Source: a virus (Duplodnaviria > Heunggongvirae > Uroviricota > Caudoviricetes). From it: 64,000 nt of DNA. The notes below the pieces were generated by a model. It had not been told where the DNA came from, ran no database searches, and was given only the letters and a program-made list of their open reading frames with translations. The translations under genes were made by a program, and so were the position numbers. The DNA is taken from the IMG/VR virus record IMGVR_UViG_3300022719_000283, positions 252,067 to 316,066 of that record. The stretch is one strand, 5' to 3'. How positions within the stretch are numbered: the stretch's first letter is position 1; each line of letters opens with the position of its first letter. Of the stretch, positions 45,701-53,544 are shown piece after piece.

Positions 45701-46457
45701 TGACCTCGGGAGCCGCGGCCGAGATCCCGTGGACGAGCTCACCTGATGTCAGGTACAGATGCCCCATCCCGCGCCGAGACTTGCAGGTGTACAGAGCGGC
45801 GCCCCTCAATCGCGTCTGAGAACTCAGGTCCAGTCCCAGCCGTCTGGCCACCTCGTCGGCCTGGTCAAAGGTGATGCCATCCACCTGAACTAGACTCCAC
45901 GGATCTTCGGAAAGCGCTTTCTCGGCGTCATCCCCGAAGTGGGTGTAGATCTGCTCCACTTTGTTCTTAGGCAGACGTAAATCCCCCAGGAACTCCAGCG
46001 ACTGAAACATAGATCGAACGGTCCGCCACCGGTTCACGATGTGAAGCGCACTGAACTTGGTGACTGCGGGTACTTGTTGAAGTTGCTCGGCATCCCCCAA
46101 AACATCCACCAGGTCATCACCAAAATGGTCGTACAGGGCATTGCAGATTCGGACCCCAACACCGTGCCCCTCGAGCATCTTCAAAGCCGTCGAAGTGTCC
46201 CACCCTCCTTGCAGCACTGGCGCCTTCTTGATGACAAGTTGGCGGCCGTACTTGTCGTGGACCTCCCATCGTCCTTCGAACCCAAACCAAATGCCGTCCT
46301 TCACCTCGAGTCCTGGGATGTTCCCTCGAACCGTCACCCAGGCAATCTCATCATGGTCTTCGTCACCGTCCAACTGCATCCGCATGACGTAAAACGAGTC
46401 TGCGTCGTTCGAGTACAGCACTTTGTGAACGCGCCCTGCGTAGTAGTCAGCCATCAC
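42798..46457 (-). CDS. recD2: RecD2/TraA-family SF1B helicase with intein
   Basis: N-terminal OB and HhH region; GLPGTGK|TT; APTGIAAKRL; CDESSMVD; VGDAAQLPSVGPG; YCVTVHKSQGQEY; YTAITRA. Confidence 0.95.
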   Translation of the reverse strand: MMADYYAGRVHKVLYSNDADSFYVMRMQLDGDEDHDEIAWVTVRGNIPGLEVKDGIWFGFEGRWEVHDKYGRQLVIKKAPVLQGGWDTSTALKMLEGHGVGVRICNALYDHFGDDLVDVLGDAEQLQQVPAVTKFSALHIVNRWRTVRSMFQSLEFLGDLRLPKNKVEQIYTHFGDDAEKALSEDPWSLVQVDGITFDQADEVARRLGLDLSSQTRLRGAALYTCKSRRGMGHLYLTSGELVHGISAAAPEVNKAQVAHILKQLHDDQLIVLDNKTREGTVAIYEPWFHSLEVQSAVLLSERQGHAELSDEARSEYIEKLGTVGPKSEKAAQRKGARLATVAETAIREWSEHGNLKLSEDQLQGAINALVEPVSVLTGLPGTGKCVVPDTLVGSQGFRPIGEFLPEGLGAGEQADLRIPIDTSRGVRETGYVYNGGVAPTVRVTTSSGFSLEGTFEHPIRVVEDGEIVWKQLGQLTRDSVPVLLRGGYSFGESVSLPPLIEGDSREKRYRAPSHTTKALARLMGYLVSEGTTTDSKTLTTTNHDPRVRGEVAALFENLFSYSPRDHYDKRVEKVVGVRVNSVQLRRWFSAVGLGFHDSYEKEVPWSIMRGSREEVVAFLRTLFEGDGTVNPDRFSVEYGTRSKRLATQVHCLLLALGIVGSLRTESRNSQPGLSAGVFKPWYRISIYGEDYDRFRCDVGCEFKELPERTALSNTNRHLIYAKKLINTLMEEVKPAKRADYNLFYRYAKGKGANARRPSRVHLEKMLKKASPSETTEALRVLMQPRFFYDTIRSLERGESQVVDFGVPQDHEFLSNGFISHNTTALKVVVKVLQDANVPFLLVAPTGIAAKRLTAVTGADASTIHRAFGAKGMETDNDRESTYAGIVGASNQGVAEDGSKEFWGFSSNSPHPAKVVICDESSMVDQHLLFRLLTCTARDCRLVFVGDAAQLPSVGPGNVLRDLIASDFFPVVNLKDIYRQDEASDIVIAAHAINRGEVPKFDRRSKDFMFVEVRREHQILETVTSTVQKLYDRRANFQVLSPRHAGDLGVTNLNLRIRELLNPKTPGLKEMRLGPETVREGDRVMVSKNNYRYEIFNGDVGKVVRLNEKEKIVTIKIHGPPAMQVEMTFKDAPKFLRMAYCVTVHKSQGQEYDVILMPWSNAFRRQLQRNLLYTAITRARKKVILVGHPEALEKAIANNKVDARNTLFPERLRQLLKSLG
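43995..45305 (-). mobile_element. Intein (437 aa) with LAGLIDADG endonuclease, in the RecD2 P-loop
   Basis: CVVPDTLV...GTFEHPI...LMGYLVSEG...FLRTLFEGDG...FLSNGFISHN, followed by +1 Thr. Confidence 0.95.
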
Positions 46458-46999
46458 AGATCATTCTTCAGGTCGTTCATCTTAGAGAGAAATTCGCGCA
46501 ACTCGGAAAGGCGCTCGGTCAGGTTTTCGATGGTGGGGTTCTCGATGTTGGAAGGATCGAAGGATTTGACCTTTTCGTCGAGGCCCTCAAGATTGGGGAT
46601 AGACGAAGCTACGATCTGAGACCGGTGCCCTGCTAGGAAATCGAAGCAGACCTCGTTGATCTCGCCTTCCGGGGTATCGATGAAGATCTTTGTCCCTTCT
46701 ACCCGGAGAAGACCAACCTGGTTGAAGGTGTACAGATCGAAAGGTTTTTCGGAGTGCCCAAATGGACACTCGCCCGTATTTTCGAGGTGACAGCACCCTC
46801 CCCCCCATCGGTTTCGGTCCATGGGCTCAGTCGGTCGGTGATGTGCCAGCAGTCGTAGTTGGTTGTTTCGGATCGGCCACAAGGCGTCGATGACGTCAAC
46901 GGTGCCATCAAATTCATCGGCTACCATGATCTTGCCGTCCTTCTCGTAGAAGACGCCAAGCAGGTCTACAACCTGGAGTCCTTGGTAAAGCTGCCCCAT
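46454..46999 (-). CDS. Hypothetical protein
   Basis: 181 aa; overlaps the recD2 start; GGTAGAAT lies 6 nt upstream of its ATG. Confidence 0.65.
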   Translation of the reverse strand: MGQLYQGLQVVDLLGVFYEKDGKIMVADEFDGTVDVIDALWPIRNNQLRLLAHHRPTEPMDRNRWGGGCCHLENTGECPFGHSEKPFDLYTFNQVGLLRVEGTKIFIDTPEGEINEVCFDFLAGHRSQIVASSIPNLEGLDEKVKSFDPSNIENPTIENLTERLSELREFLSKMNDLKNDL

Positions 47000-47033
47000 C
47001 TAGGGATTCTACCCACCGAAAACGCCACCTAGT

Positions 47034-47071
47034 AAAAAGGGAGGGCGCCACGTGCAAACATGACGCCCTCC
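47034..47071 (-). terminator. Intrinsic terminator after the RNR gene
   Basis: Minus strand GGAGGGCGTCATGT-TTGC-ACGTGGCGCCCTCC-CTTTTT: 14-bp stem with G-U pairs, then a U-tract. Confidence 0.8.
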
Positions 47072-47092
47072 GGCTCCCCCTCTTTCGCAAAT

Positions 47093-49699
47093 CTAACCAC
47101 ACTTGCTCGCGCCACAAGAGGTACACAGCATGCACCCCTCCTGGTAGCGAACACTACCCTCGGTCCCGCACTCTTGACAGACCTTTTCGATCTTCGAAAG
47201 AGCTCCGTTGGGAATGTACTTCTTCAGAACGCGAGCGATGGATTTCGAGAACGCGAACATGTCGGCGTCTTTGTCCCGTTGAAGCTGTTCGACCACGTAC
47301 TGGATGGGGGATCCATGACGCAGGGACAGCGAAATCAACCGGGTCACATACCCTTCGTCAGGGTTATCGAACTGCTTCACGATATTCTTGATCTTGAAAG
47401 GGTCCTCGGGATCTCCGTAGTAGAAATCATACTTACCGCCCGTCTTGAAGGACCGTTTGACGATGAACCCATCGGTGACTTTCTTCGGGAGCTCGATGTT
47501 CTCCGTCGTGCCTCCGAAAATCTCAAACGGTTTCCCCTCCAGGAGTCCGACGAAAAATAGCCAGTCTTGGTGTCCTCCATTACCATCCGAAATGCGGCTC
47601 CGATGTAGTTCACACGGGAGCCATTCAGGACGCTTCGGAGCATCATGCTGTTGGAAAATGAGCAAATCCTCTTCGAGACCGGTCAGCACCCCATCTCGGG
47701 CGCCCTCCCGATACACCGTGATCCCTTTGCATCCAGCTTTCCACGCTCGTTCGTAGATGCTGCGGACCACCTCTACTTCCACATCTTTCGGAAGGTTGAC
47801 GGTCGAACTAATCGAGTGATCCACCCATCTTCCGGCAGCGGCCTGGATATCAACCCGGAGCTCCCAGTCAATCTCATGAGCCTGCGCACCCGCGTAAGGA
47901 GACTTCTCGAACTCCTCGTCCGAGAGACCAGTGATTTCCTTCCACGTCTGGAGACCGTGATGGTTCACCCAGAAATCCTGCCACTTGTCTCCGTTGGAGT
48001 CTACGCGATCCACCTGGGCTTGCTCATCGTTCGGGTTGATCTTTTTACCGCGCTTGTACCGAGCCATGAACACGGGCTCGATCCCTCCGGTCGTCTGCGT
48101 CAGGATGCTCACCGATCCGGTCGGAGCCGTCGTCAGGTTGGCGATTTGACGACGGCCGTATTTTTTGTAGTCCGCCTGCACGTCTTCAGGGAGCGTTTCC
48201 AGGACTCGCTCGAGGTAAGGGTGTCCGAGCTCTTTGGCGAGGTTGAAAACCGGGAAAGGCCCACGCTCCTTCGCGAGGTTGACCGACTCCGTGTAACTCG
48301 CCATGGCCAGGTGCTTGTAGAGATCCCCGATAAGATCCACGCTCTCCTTGGAGCCGTATCGGACATTCAGCATCGCCACCGTGTCGCCCACGCCTGTCAC
48401 CCCCAGTCCTGTCCGACGGCCATCCACACAGGCGTCTCGGATGCGTTTCCAAAGCTCCCTTTCGACTGCCTTGATCGATTCGGATTCAGGATCTCGCTCG
48501 ATCTTGGCCATCACCTTTTCGATCTGCTCGATCTCGAGATCGACCAGGTCGTCCATCAGTCTCTGAGCTTTTCGAGCAGCTTCGTGGAACGCGTCAAAAT
48601 CGAAAAAAGCCTCTTCGGTAAAAGACTTCTTCACAAACTTCGTCAGGTTGACCAGGAGAAGGCGACACGAGTCTCCAACGCTGAGGGGGAGTTCAGCGCA
48701 AGGGTTCGTACAAGTGGTTTGGAAACCTTCTTCAGCGTAGATGTCTGCTGGAGATTCTCGGACGATATTGTCCCAGAAAAGAAGGCCCGGTTCCGCACTG
48801 TCGCGCGCGTGCTGGACAATTTCATCCCAGAGCTCTTTGGCGTTTACCCACTTCGAGATATGGGGTGTCTCCGAGTCGATAGGCCACCGCAGCTCAACAT
48901 CTTTCCCCTGCTCCATGGCCTTGAGGAACTCATCGGAAAGCCTGATCGAGACGTTGGCTCCCGTCACCTTGGTCCGTTCTTGGTGACCACACTTTTTGCA
49001 GGACGTGAGCTCATTCTTAATCCGCATGAAGGTGTAGATGTCGGGGTGGTGGACACTCGTCGTGAGCATCAACGCACCACGCCGCCCTCCTTGAGCTACT
49101 TCACGTGTGGTGTTGCTGTACCGCTCCATGAAAATGCCAAGACCATCTGTAGTCCTGGCAGCATTCGCGGTGGGGAGGCCACGGGGGCGCAATGAGGAGA
49201 GGTCTACCCCCACCCCTCCGCGACGTTTCATGATCTGTGTGAGCTGCTGGTCAGTGTAAAGGATGCCCCCATAGCTATCCTGGGGAGAATCGACGACGTA
49301 GCAATTGGAAAATGTCTGCATACGAAAAGGGTTGCCCACGCCACTCATCGGAGATCCTTGGGCCACGATCCTCCAGTCAGCCAAGAAGGAGAAGATCTCC
49401 TTCTCCTTCATGGCGTTTGGATATCGAGCCTCCATGCGGGCAAACTCGCGAGCCAACCGACGGTGCATGTCACGAGGCGTCTTTTCCAGGTAGGCGCCCT
49501 CACCGTTTTGAAGCGCGTACTTCCCGACGAACACGTTTGCTGCCAGCTTGTCGCCGTTGAAGTACTCGAGGCTTGCTTCAAGTGCTTCTTCGTATGTGTA
49601 GGTGGGAGGCTCGGGAGGCTTTTTTCCTTCGTCGACCGCGACGGGAGAAAGGGTGGGAGTTTTTGTGACGGCAGTGTCCTGAGCGGTAGGTTGCAGCAT
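47093..49699 (-). CDS. nrdJ: Class II (B12-dependent) ribonucleotide reductase
   Basis: FSNCYV, QGGRRGALM, TNPCAEL, TTAPTGS, DHSISST, GCKGITVYR; C-terminal Cys pairs; no beta-subunit gene nearby. Confidence 0.92.
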   Translation of the reverse strand: MLQPTAQDTAVTKTPTLSPVAVDEGKKPPEPPTYTYEEALEASLEYFNGDKLAANVFVGKYALQNGEGAYLEKTPRDMHRRLAREFARMEARYPNAMKEKEIFSFLADWRIVAQGSPMSGVGNPFRMQTFSNCYVVDSPQDSYGGILYTDQQLTQIMKRRGGVGVDLSSLRPRGLPTANAARTTDGLGIFMERYSNTTREVAQGGRRGALMLTTSVHHPDIYTFMRIKNELTSCKKCGHQERTKVTGANVSIRLSDEFLKAMEQGKDVELRWPIDSETPHISKWVNAKELWDEIVQHARDSAEPGLLFWDNIVRESPADIYAEEGFQTTCTNPCAELPLSVGDSCRLLLVNLTKFVKKSFTEEAFFDFDAFHEAARKAQRLMDDLVDLEIEQIEKVMAKIERDPESESIKAVERELWKRIRDACVDGRRTGLGVTGVGDTVAMLNVRYGSKESVDLIGDLYKHLAMASYTESVNLAKERGPFPVFNLAKELGHPYLERVLETLPEDVQADYKKYGRRQIANLTTAPTGSVSILTQTTGGIEPVFMARYKRGKKINPNDEQAQVDRVDSNGDKWQDFWVNHHGLQTWKEITGLSDEEFEKSPYAGAQAHEIDWELRVDIQAAAGRWVDHSISSTVNLPKDVEVEVVRSIYERAWKAGCKGITVYREGARDGVLTGLEEDLLIFQQHDAPKRPEWLPCELHRSRISDGNGGHQDWLFFVGLLEGKPFEIFGGTTENIELPKKVTDGFIVKRSFKTGGKYDFYYGDPEDPFKIKNIVKQFDNPDEGYVTRLISLSLRHGSPIQYVVEQLQRDKDADMFAFSKSIARVLKKYIPNGALSKIEKVCQECGTEGSVRYQEGCMLCTSCGASKCG

Positions 49700-49819
49700 C
49701 TGGCCTCGACCATTCCGGGTGGCTGGTGGGTTCTCTTGTTTTACTCAACGCGAAGTCGGGTTCAACTTGGCGCGCATGATAGGGATCGATATAGGCGGCC
49801 TAACGCGCCGCCGAACACC

Positions 49820-50824
49820 TTACCCTGAGAGGTCTCCTTCGAGGGAGCGAAAAATGGCGCACTCGAGCTCGACCCAAGGGTTGATGTGGCCAGACTTAAC
49901 CGACCTTTCAACCCCGGCAATAGACTTAAGAAGGGAGGTTAATCTCCCCTTCCCCCAGCGTCTTGCAACCGGAAGGAAGGTTTTGCGGAGTAGAAACTCG
50001 TGTAAACCAGTTCTTGAGGAGATTTCATCGGGTTTGTAGCCCTCTTCGTGGAGAGCCGAAACGTGTAGCCAGGAGGCTGCCGATCGGCCTATCCAGGCAC
50101 ATGCCAACATGGTGGTGCCCCCGAGGTGTCCGGCGTGAGTTCGCCTCATGTTGGCAAGAGCACGGCTTGTACGTGCCACATCCCTCTTCTCTAGACCCTC
50201 CACCACAGGTTTGGGTCCGAGTTCGGAAAAAGAGGCAATGGTCTGTTTGATGTGCTGGGCGGTTACTTCCGTTTCGCCGTGCGATCCCAGTAGGTACGCA
50301 AGCTTGCGAACTTCAAAAGCAAGCACCCCCAGGTCCATGCTGCTGTTCTGCACCAACGCCATCGCCAAGGGCTCATCCAAACGGATTTTGAGCTGACGTG
50401 CTTCGTTCACGCAAAACCTTGCAGCGTGTTCGGCCTCTTCCCAGGGTTTCGGTTTTTCGAACTTTGCTACGAAACGGTCAGGCAACTGTTTACAGACGAT
50501 GGACAAGTTCGTCTTGGGCTTGACGGGCCCTTTCTGCACCAACAAGAGCACTGTCGAGTTGTCGCCGCTTTCGTGGTGACGGAGGACCATCTCGGCGTCA
50601 ATCTCGTCCGGTTCTGTCACGACCATGAGCGCTTCCTCTTGAAAGAAAACCCCCGTGCTCGAGATGGTTCGGGAGATCTCGTCCCGGTCAGTCCCTTTCA
50701 CGTATTCGACGGAACGACCCGACAGGTCAGCCACAGTGATCGCCTCACGGACCTCACGTTGACGAAGATAGTCATGCGACCCCGACAAAACAACCACTGG
50801 AGGGGGTCGACGCCATTTGCTCAT
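49820..50824 (-). CDS. holA: DNA polymerase III delta-like clamp-loader subunit
   Basis: VVVLSGSHDYLRQREV, DLGVLAFEVRKLAYL, and a C-terminal collar ending in LECAI. Confidence 0.8.
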   Translation of the reverse strand: MSKWRRPPPVVVLSGSHDYLRQREVREAITVADLSGRSVEYVKGTDRDEISRTISSTGVFFQEEALMVVTEPDEIDAEMVLRHHESGDNSTVLLLVQKGPVKPKTNLSIVCKQLPDRFVAKFEKPKPWEEAEHAARFCVNEARQLKIRLDEPLAMALVQNSSMDLGVLAFEVRKLAYLLGSHGETEVTAQHIKQTIASFSELGPKPVVEGLEKRDVARTSRALANMRRTHAGHLGGTTMLACAWIGRSAASWLHVSALHEEGYKPDEISSRTGLHEFLLRKTFLPVARRWGKGRLTSLLKSIAGVERSVKSGHINPWVELECAIFRSLEGDLSG

Positions 50825-51447
50825 GTGCCCGTCTCCTGGAGGGGGTCGAGGAAGGTCGCCAGTAACTCGTTCATGGAAGGCTTCTTGAATCTCAAAGCAT
50901 CACGAACCCGGTCCCAGAGCACGAGCGTGTCTTCCTCAAGCCCTTGCTCAAGAAGGATCTGAGCAACAGCCTCCAGCATGGATCGAGGATCGCGGTCTTT
51001 GACGGTTTCGATCACGCCGGCCACGTCGTTTTTAAGCGCACAAGACACGAGCCCTCTGGCCTGATACCTCGTGTCTTCGTCGTAGGGGAGCTCAGCGGTG
51101 CACCATTGCCGTAGACAGCGAGACCGGATCGTGGAAAGCACGTCAGCTTCGTCGTACGCCCAGAGGACAGGACGGACAATGGTCTCGTCAAACTCCTCAA
51201 GGTTCTTCAAAAGGACGTCTTGGGCAGAGCGGGTGGCGCGATCCATCGGCCCGATGATGAGAACTCCCGGGTCGTCACCAACCGGAGCACTGTTCATCAG
51301 ATCGACGACTTCGCGGCTCTCAGCGATTTTGAGCCCGCTTTCCCCGAAGGGCTCGTGAAGCAGCCGCCCAAGTACGGTTGCTTTGGCCCTGGCAGCCTGC
51401 TCGGCACCGGGGCCGTGGAACAGGATAGGGGACGGGTAACGGAGCAC
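50821..51447 (-). CDS. holB: DNA polymerase III delta-prime-like subunit (truncated)
   Basis: ILFHGPG, AQDVLLKNLEE and TIRSRC. Confidence 0.8.
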   Translation of the reverse strand: MLRYPSPILFHGPGAEQAARAKATVLGRLLHEPFGESGLKIAESREVVDLMNSAPVGDDPGVLIIGPMDRATRSAQDVLLKNLEEFDETIVRPVLWAYDEADVLSTIRSRCLRQWCTAELPYDEDTRYQARGLVSCALKNDVAGVIETVKDRDPRSMLEAVAQILLEQGLEEDTLVLWDRVRDALRFKKPSMNELLATFLDPLQETGT

Positions 51448-51462
51448 GTTCCTTTTACCCCA

Positions 51463-51675
51463 TCACAGGGTGATGCCGAAGGGAGTGTTGCACTTCAGAC
51501 ATTGGTACTGAATCCAAGTGCCTTGCATCCCCATGCTTTTCTTCAAAAGCACTTTGGCCTGGTTCCCGTCGCAACTTTTTCGAGCCCGGCAATTCACCCA
51601 AACGACTTCGTCGTCGGGACGTTCGATGTTGGACTCGGGATCGTGCGGCTTCGGAGGTTCGACGTTTGATGGCAT
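51463..51675 (-). CDS. Small zinc-ribbon protein
   Basis: NCRARKSC...YQCLKC. Confidence 0.55.
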   Translation of the reverse strand: MPSNVEPPKPHDPESNIERPDDEVVWVNCRARKSCDGNQAKVLLKKSMGMQGTWIQYQCLKCNTPFGITL

Positions 51676-51696
51676 GGGACACCTTACGGGAATGCG

Positions 51697-52104
51697 TCAC
51701 TTATCAATCGGCCCGTAGCCGGCGTCAGAAAAACTCTGGGCAATCGCATCTCCCAGCGCGTTCAAAAAGTACGTCCAATTCGCACTGGCCACATTCAACG
51801 CAGTGGCCGTCCCAGGTGTGAACTGCTGGCTCTGAAGAACGGGCAAAACAGCCCGCTCCCATTGGCGACAGTTCACACGAACAGTCGTTCCATAGCCGTT
51901 ACCGACAGGCATGGACGCACAGCCCGCAGCATTGGGGGTGATGGCGACGATCTTTCCAGCACTCGCCAAGTTGCTCCCCTCAAACTTCGCCTGAGCCTGT
52001 CCTGTGATGAGCGCATACAGCGGGAGGGTCAATGCCTTCTTGGCCTGCTGGGGGGTCAGGTTCCCTCCAACAGCCCCGTATCGAGCTCGACGCTTGTCCG
52101 GCAT
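51697..52104 (-). CDS. Hypothetical protein
   Basis: Likely start MPDKRR at 52104, directly below tandem promoter-like motifs. Confidence 0.6.
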   Translation of the reverse strand: MPDKRRARYGAVGGNLTPQQAKKALTLPLYALITGQAQAKFEGSNLASAGKIVAITPNAAGCASMPVGNGYGTTVRVNCRQWERAVLPVLQSQQFTPGTATALNVASANWTYFLNALGDAIAQSFSDAGYGPIDK

Positions 52105-52107
52105 TCC

Positions 52108-52137
52108 ATAGACAGACAAGCGATAGGCTCAACACCG
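52108..52137 (-). promoter_or_regulatory. Two tandem late-promoter-like motifs (CGGTGTTGAGCCTAT, CGCTTGTCTGTCTAT)
   Basis: Adjacent 15-mers at 52123-52137 and 52108-52122, both ending in CTAT. Confidence 0.4.
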
Positions 52138-52867
52138 AGACACCCAGGTGTCCCCGTCCGAACGCACCTCTCCCGTTTTTCCCGGAACATCCTTTCGATC
52201 GAATTCCCGCGAAATTGGGCTCGCAGAGGGTCTTCCAGGAGGTTTCGAGGGCCTCCTTCCCCTGGTTCAGCTCTTCAGTTGGTGGTCAGTATTCTCGTGG
52301 TCTGTAGGACTACTATGATGATGATGATGTGGATTACTGGGATTGTTCTCGTGATTATTTCAAACAACCAAATTCTCTCTCTTAACTCTTAAATTCCCCA
52401 GAGAAGAAGGGGACCACACGAAGACCCCGAAACACCCTCATCCAGAGGAGTGAAACCGGGGTGCGTCTTCTTGCTCGAGCGAGAGAACAAGGGGGAGTGT
52501 CCCTCCACAAACAACACCCTCCCGACCTGTTGGCCGAAGAGCTTGTCAGTGCTGTGCGCGAGGAGAGTCATCCTGAAAGCCCTGGAGTCCGAGGGCTAGC
52601 TTGTTTGCTGTGCAACCTTTTCTCCCACCTGATTGGTAGGAGACTGCCCTGGAGGCTTCGTTGTCCCTCCTGGGTTTCCCCAGCTTCCCCACCTGAGAGC
52701 CCCGATACCGAGAGTCCTTGTTGGCGGTCTTCCTCCAAGGACCTGGATGCTCGGCGTTAGGCGCGCTCTCAGACGTTCCGCTCGACCCCCGGGTGATGGA
52801 CACCCTGCCGTGGGGTACGCCCCCGCGCAAAAGGCGGAGGGAAGGCAGCCGAACGAAACTAGGGGGG

Positions 52868-53443
52868 TCAGCCCGCGCTGTCAAGGCCGCTGTCAAGGTC
52901 GCCCTCGAGGAGACCGCTGTCGGCCTCGAGACCGTCGCCGACGATCGTAATGCCTGACCACCCTTCGTCGCGCCCAGGAGGGCACACGGTGAGCCTGTGG
53001 TGCGCTCGACGGACACGGTCCTCGGGAACCTGGCGGCCCCGGCTCCGATTGCGCGCGAGACACACCTCCACCTTGGGGTGCAGGAAGAAACAGGAGATCT
53101 CCTTGCCGGCGTTGCTCGCTATCGCGCAGATCTCTCGACGTGCGCGACGACGAGACAGGGTGAGGTCGAGATACAAGACGCCAGGTTCCTTGTGCTCTCG
53201 GATCCAAGTCGTCTTGCCCGCCCCGGGGGCTCCCGCGAGGGCAACGACACGATCAGTGGTTGGCAAGAGCTCCGTGAAAACGCGCTCCGCCATGCGATAC
53301 GCAATGATGCCCATGTCGCCGTCGTGGTGGTACATGCCAAATTCGTCAACGCGAAAAGCATCCGCACTGACGACGAAGGACTCTCGCTGTAGGGCTGCCA
53401 CACGTTCGTAGCGTTCAGCTAGACTTTCTTGGCGCTGTCCCAC
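52868..53443 (-). CDS. P-loop kinase (polynucleotide-kinase / AAA_33-like)
   Basis: ALAGAPGAGKTTW and CLARNRSRGRQVPEDRV. Confidence 0.8.
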   Translation of the reverse strand: MGQRQESLAERYERVAALQRESFVVSADAFRVDEFGMYHHDGDMGIIAYRMAERVFTELLPTTDRVVALAGAPGAGKTTWIREHKEPGVLYLDLTLSRRRARREICAIASNAGKEISCFFLHPKVEVCLARNRSRGRQVPEDRVRRAHHRLTVCPPGRDEGWSGITIVGDGLEADSGLLEGDLDSGLDSAG

Positions 53444-53485
53444 ACCCCACTATTACACGAAAGTTGGTTCGTGAAAAGCCGGGAA

Positions 53486-53522
53486 CGAAAAAGGCGCCCC
53501 GTTCTGGTCCGGACGGGGCGCC
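53486..53522 (-). terminator. Intrinsic terminator
   Basis: Minus strand GGCGCCCCGT-10 nt-ACGGGGCGCC-TTTTTCG, downstream of the 376-aa gene. Confidence 0.85.
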
Positions 53523-53544
53523 AACGGGCGAACAGAGGCTAAGG

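Noticed and set aside
47645-49195. Long plus-strand ORF (516 aa) opposite nrdJ, and similar antisense ORFs at 668-1429, 28779-29834, 31644-32672, 42819-43745 and 58363-59307
   Set aside because: These are shadow frames of well-supported genes in GC-rich DNA, with no recognisable motifs.
49791-49805. Late-promoter-like 15-mer (CGTTAGGCCGCCTAT) upstream of nrdJ
   Set aside because: It matches only at the ends and precedes a nucleotide-metabolism gene, so it was left out of the motif set.
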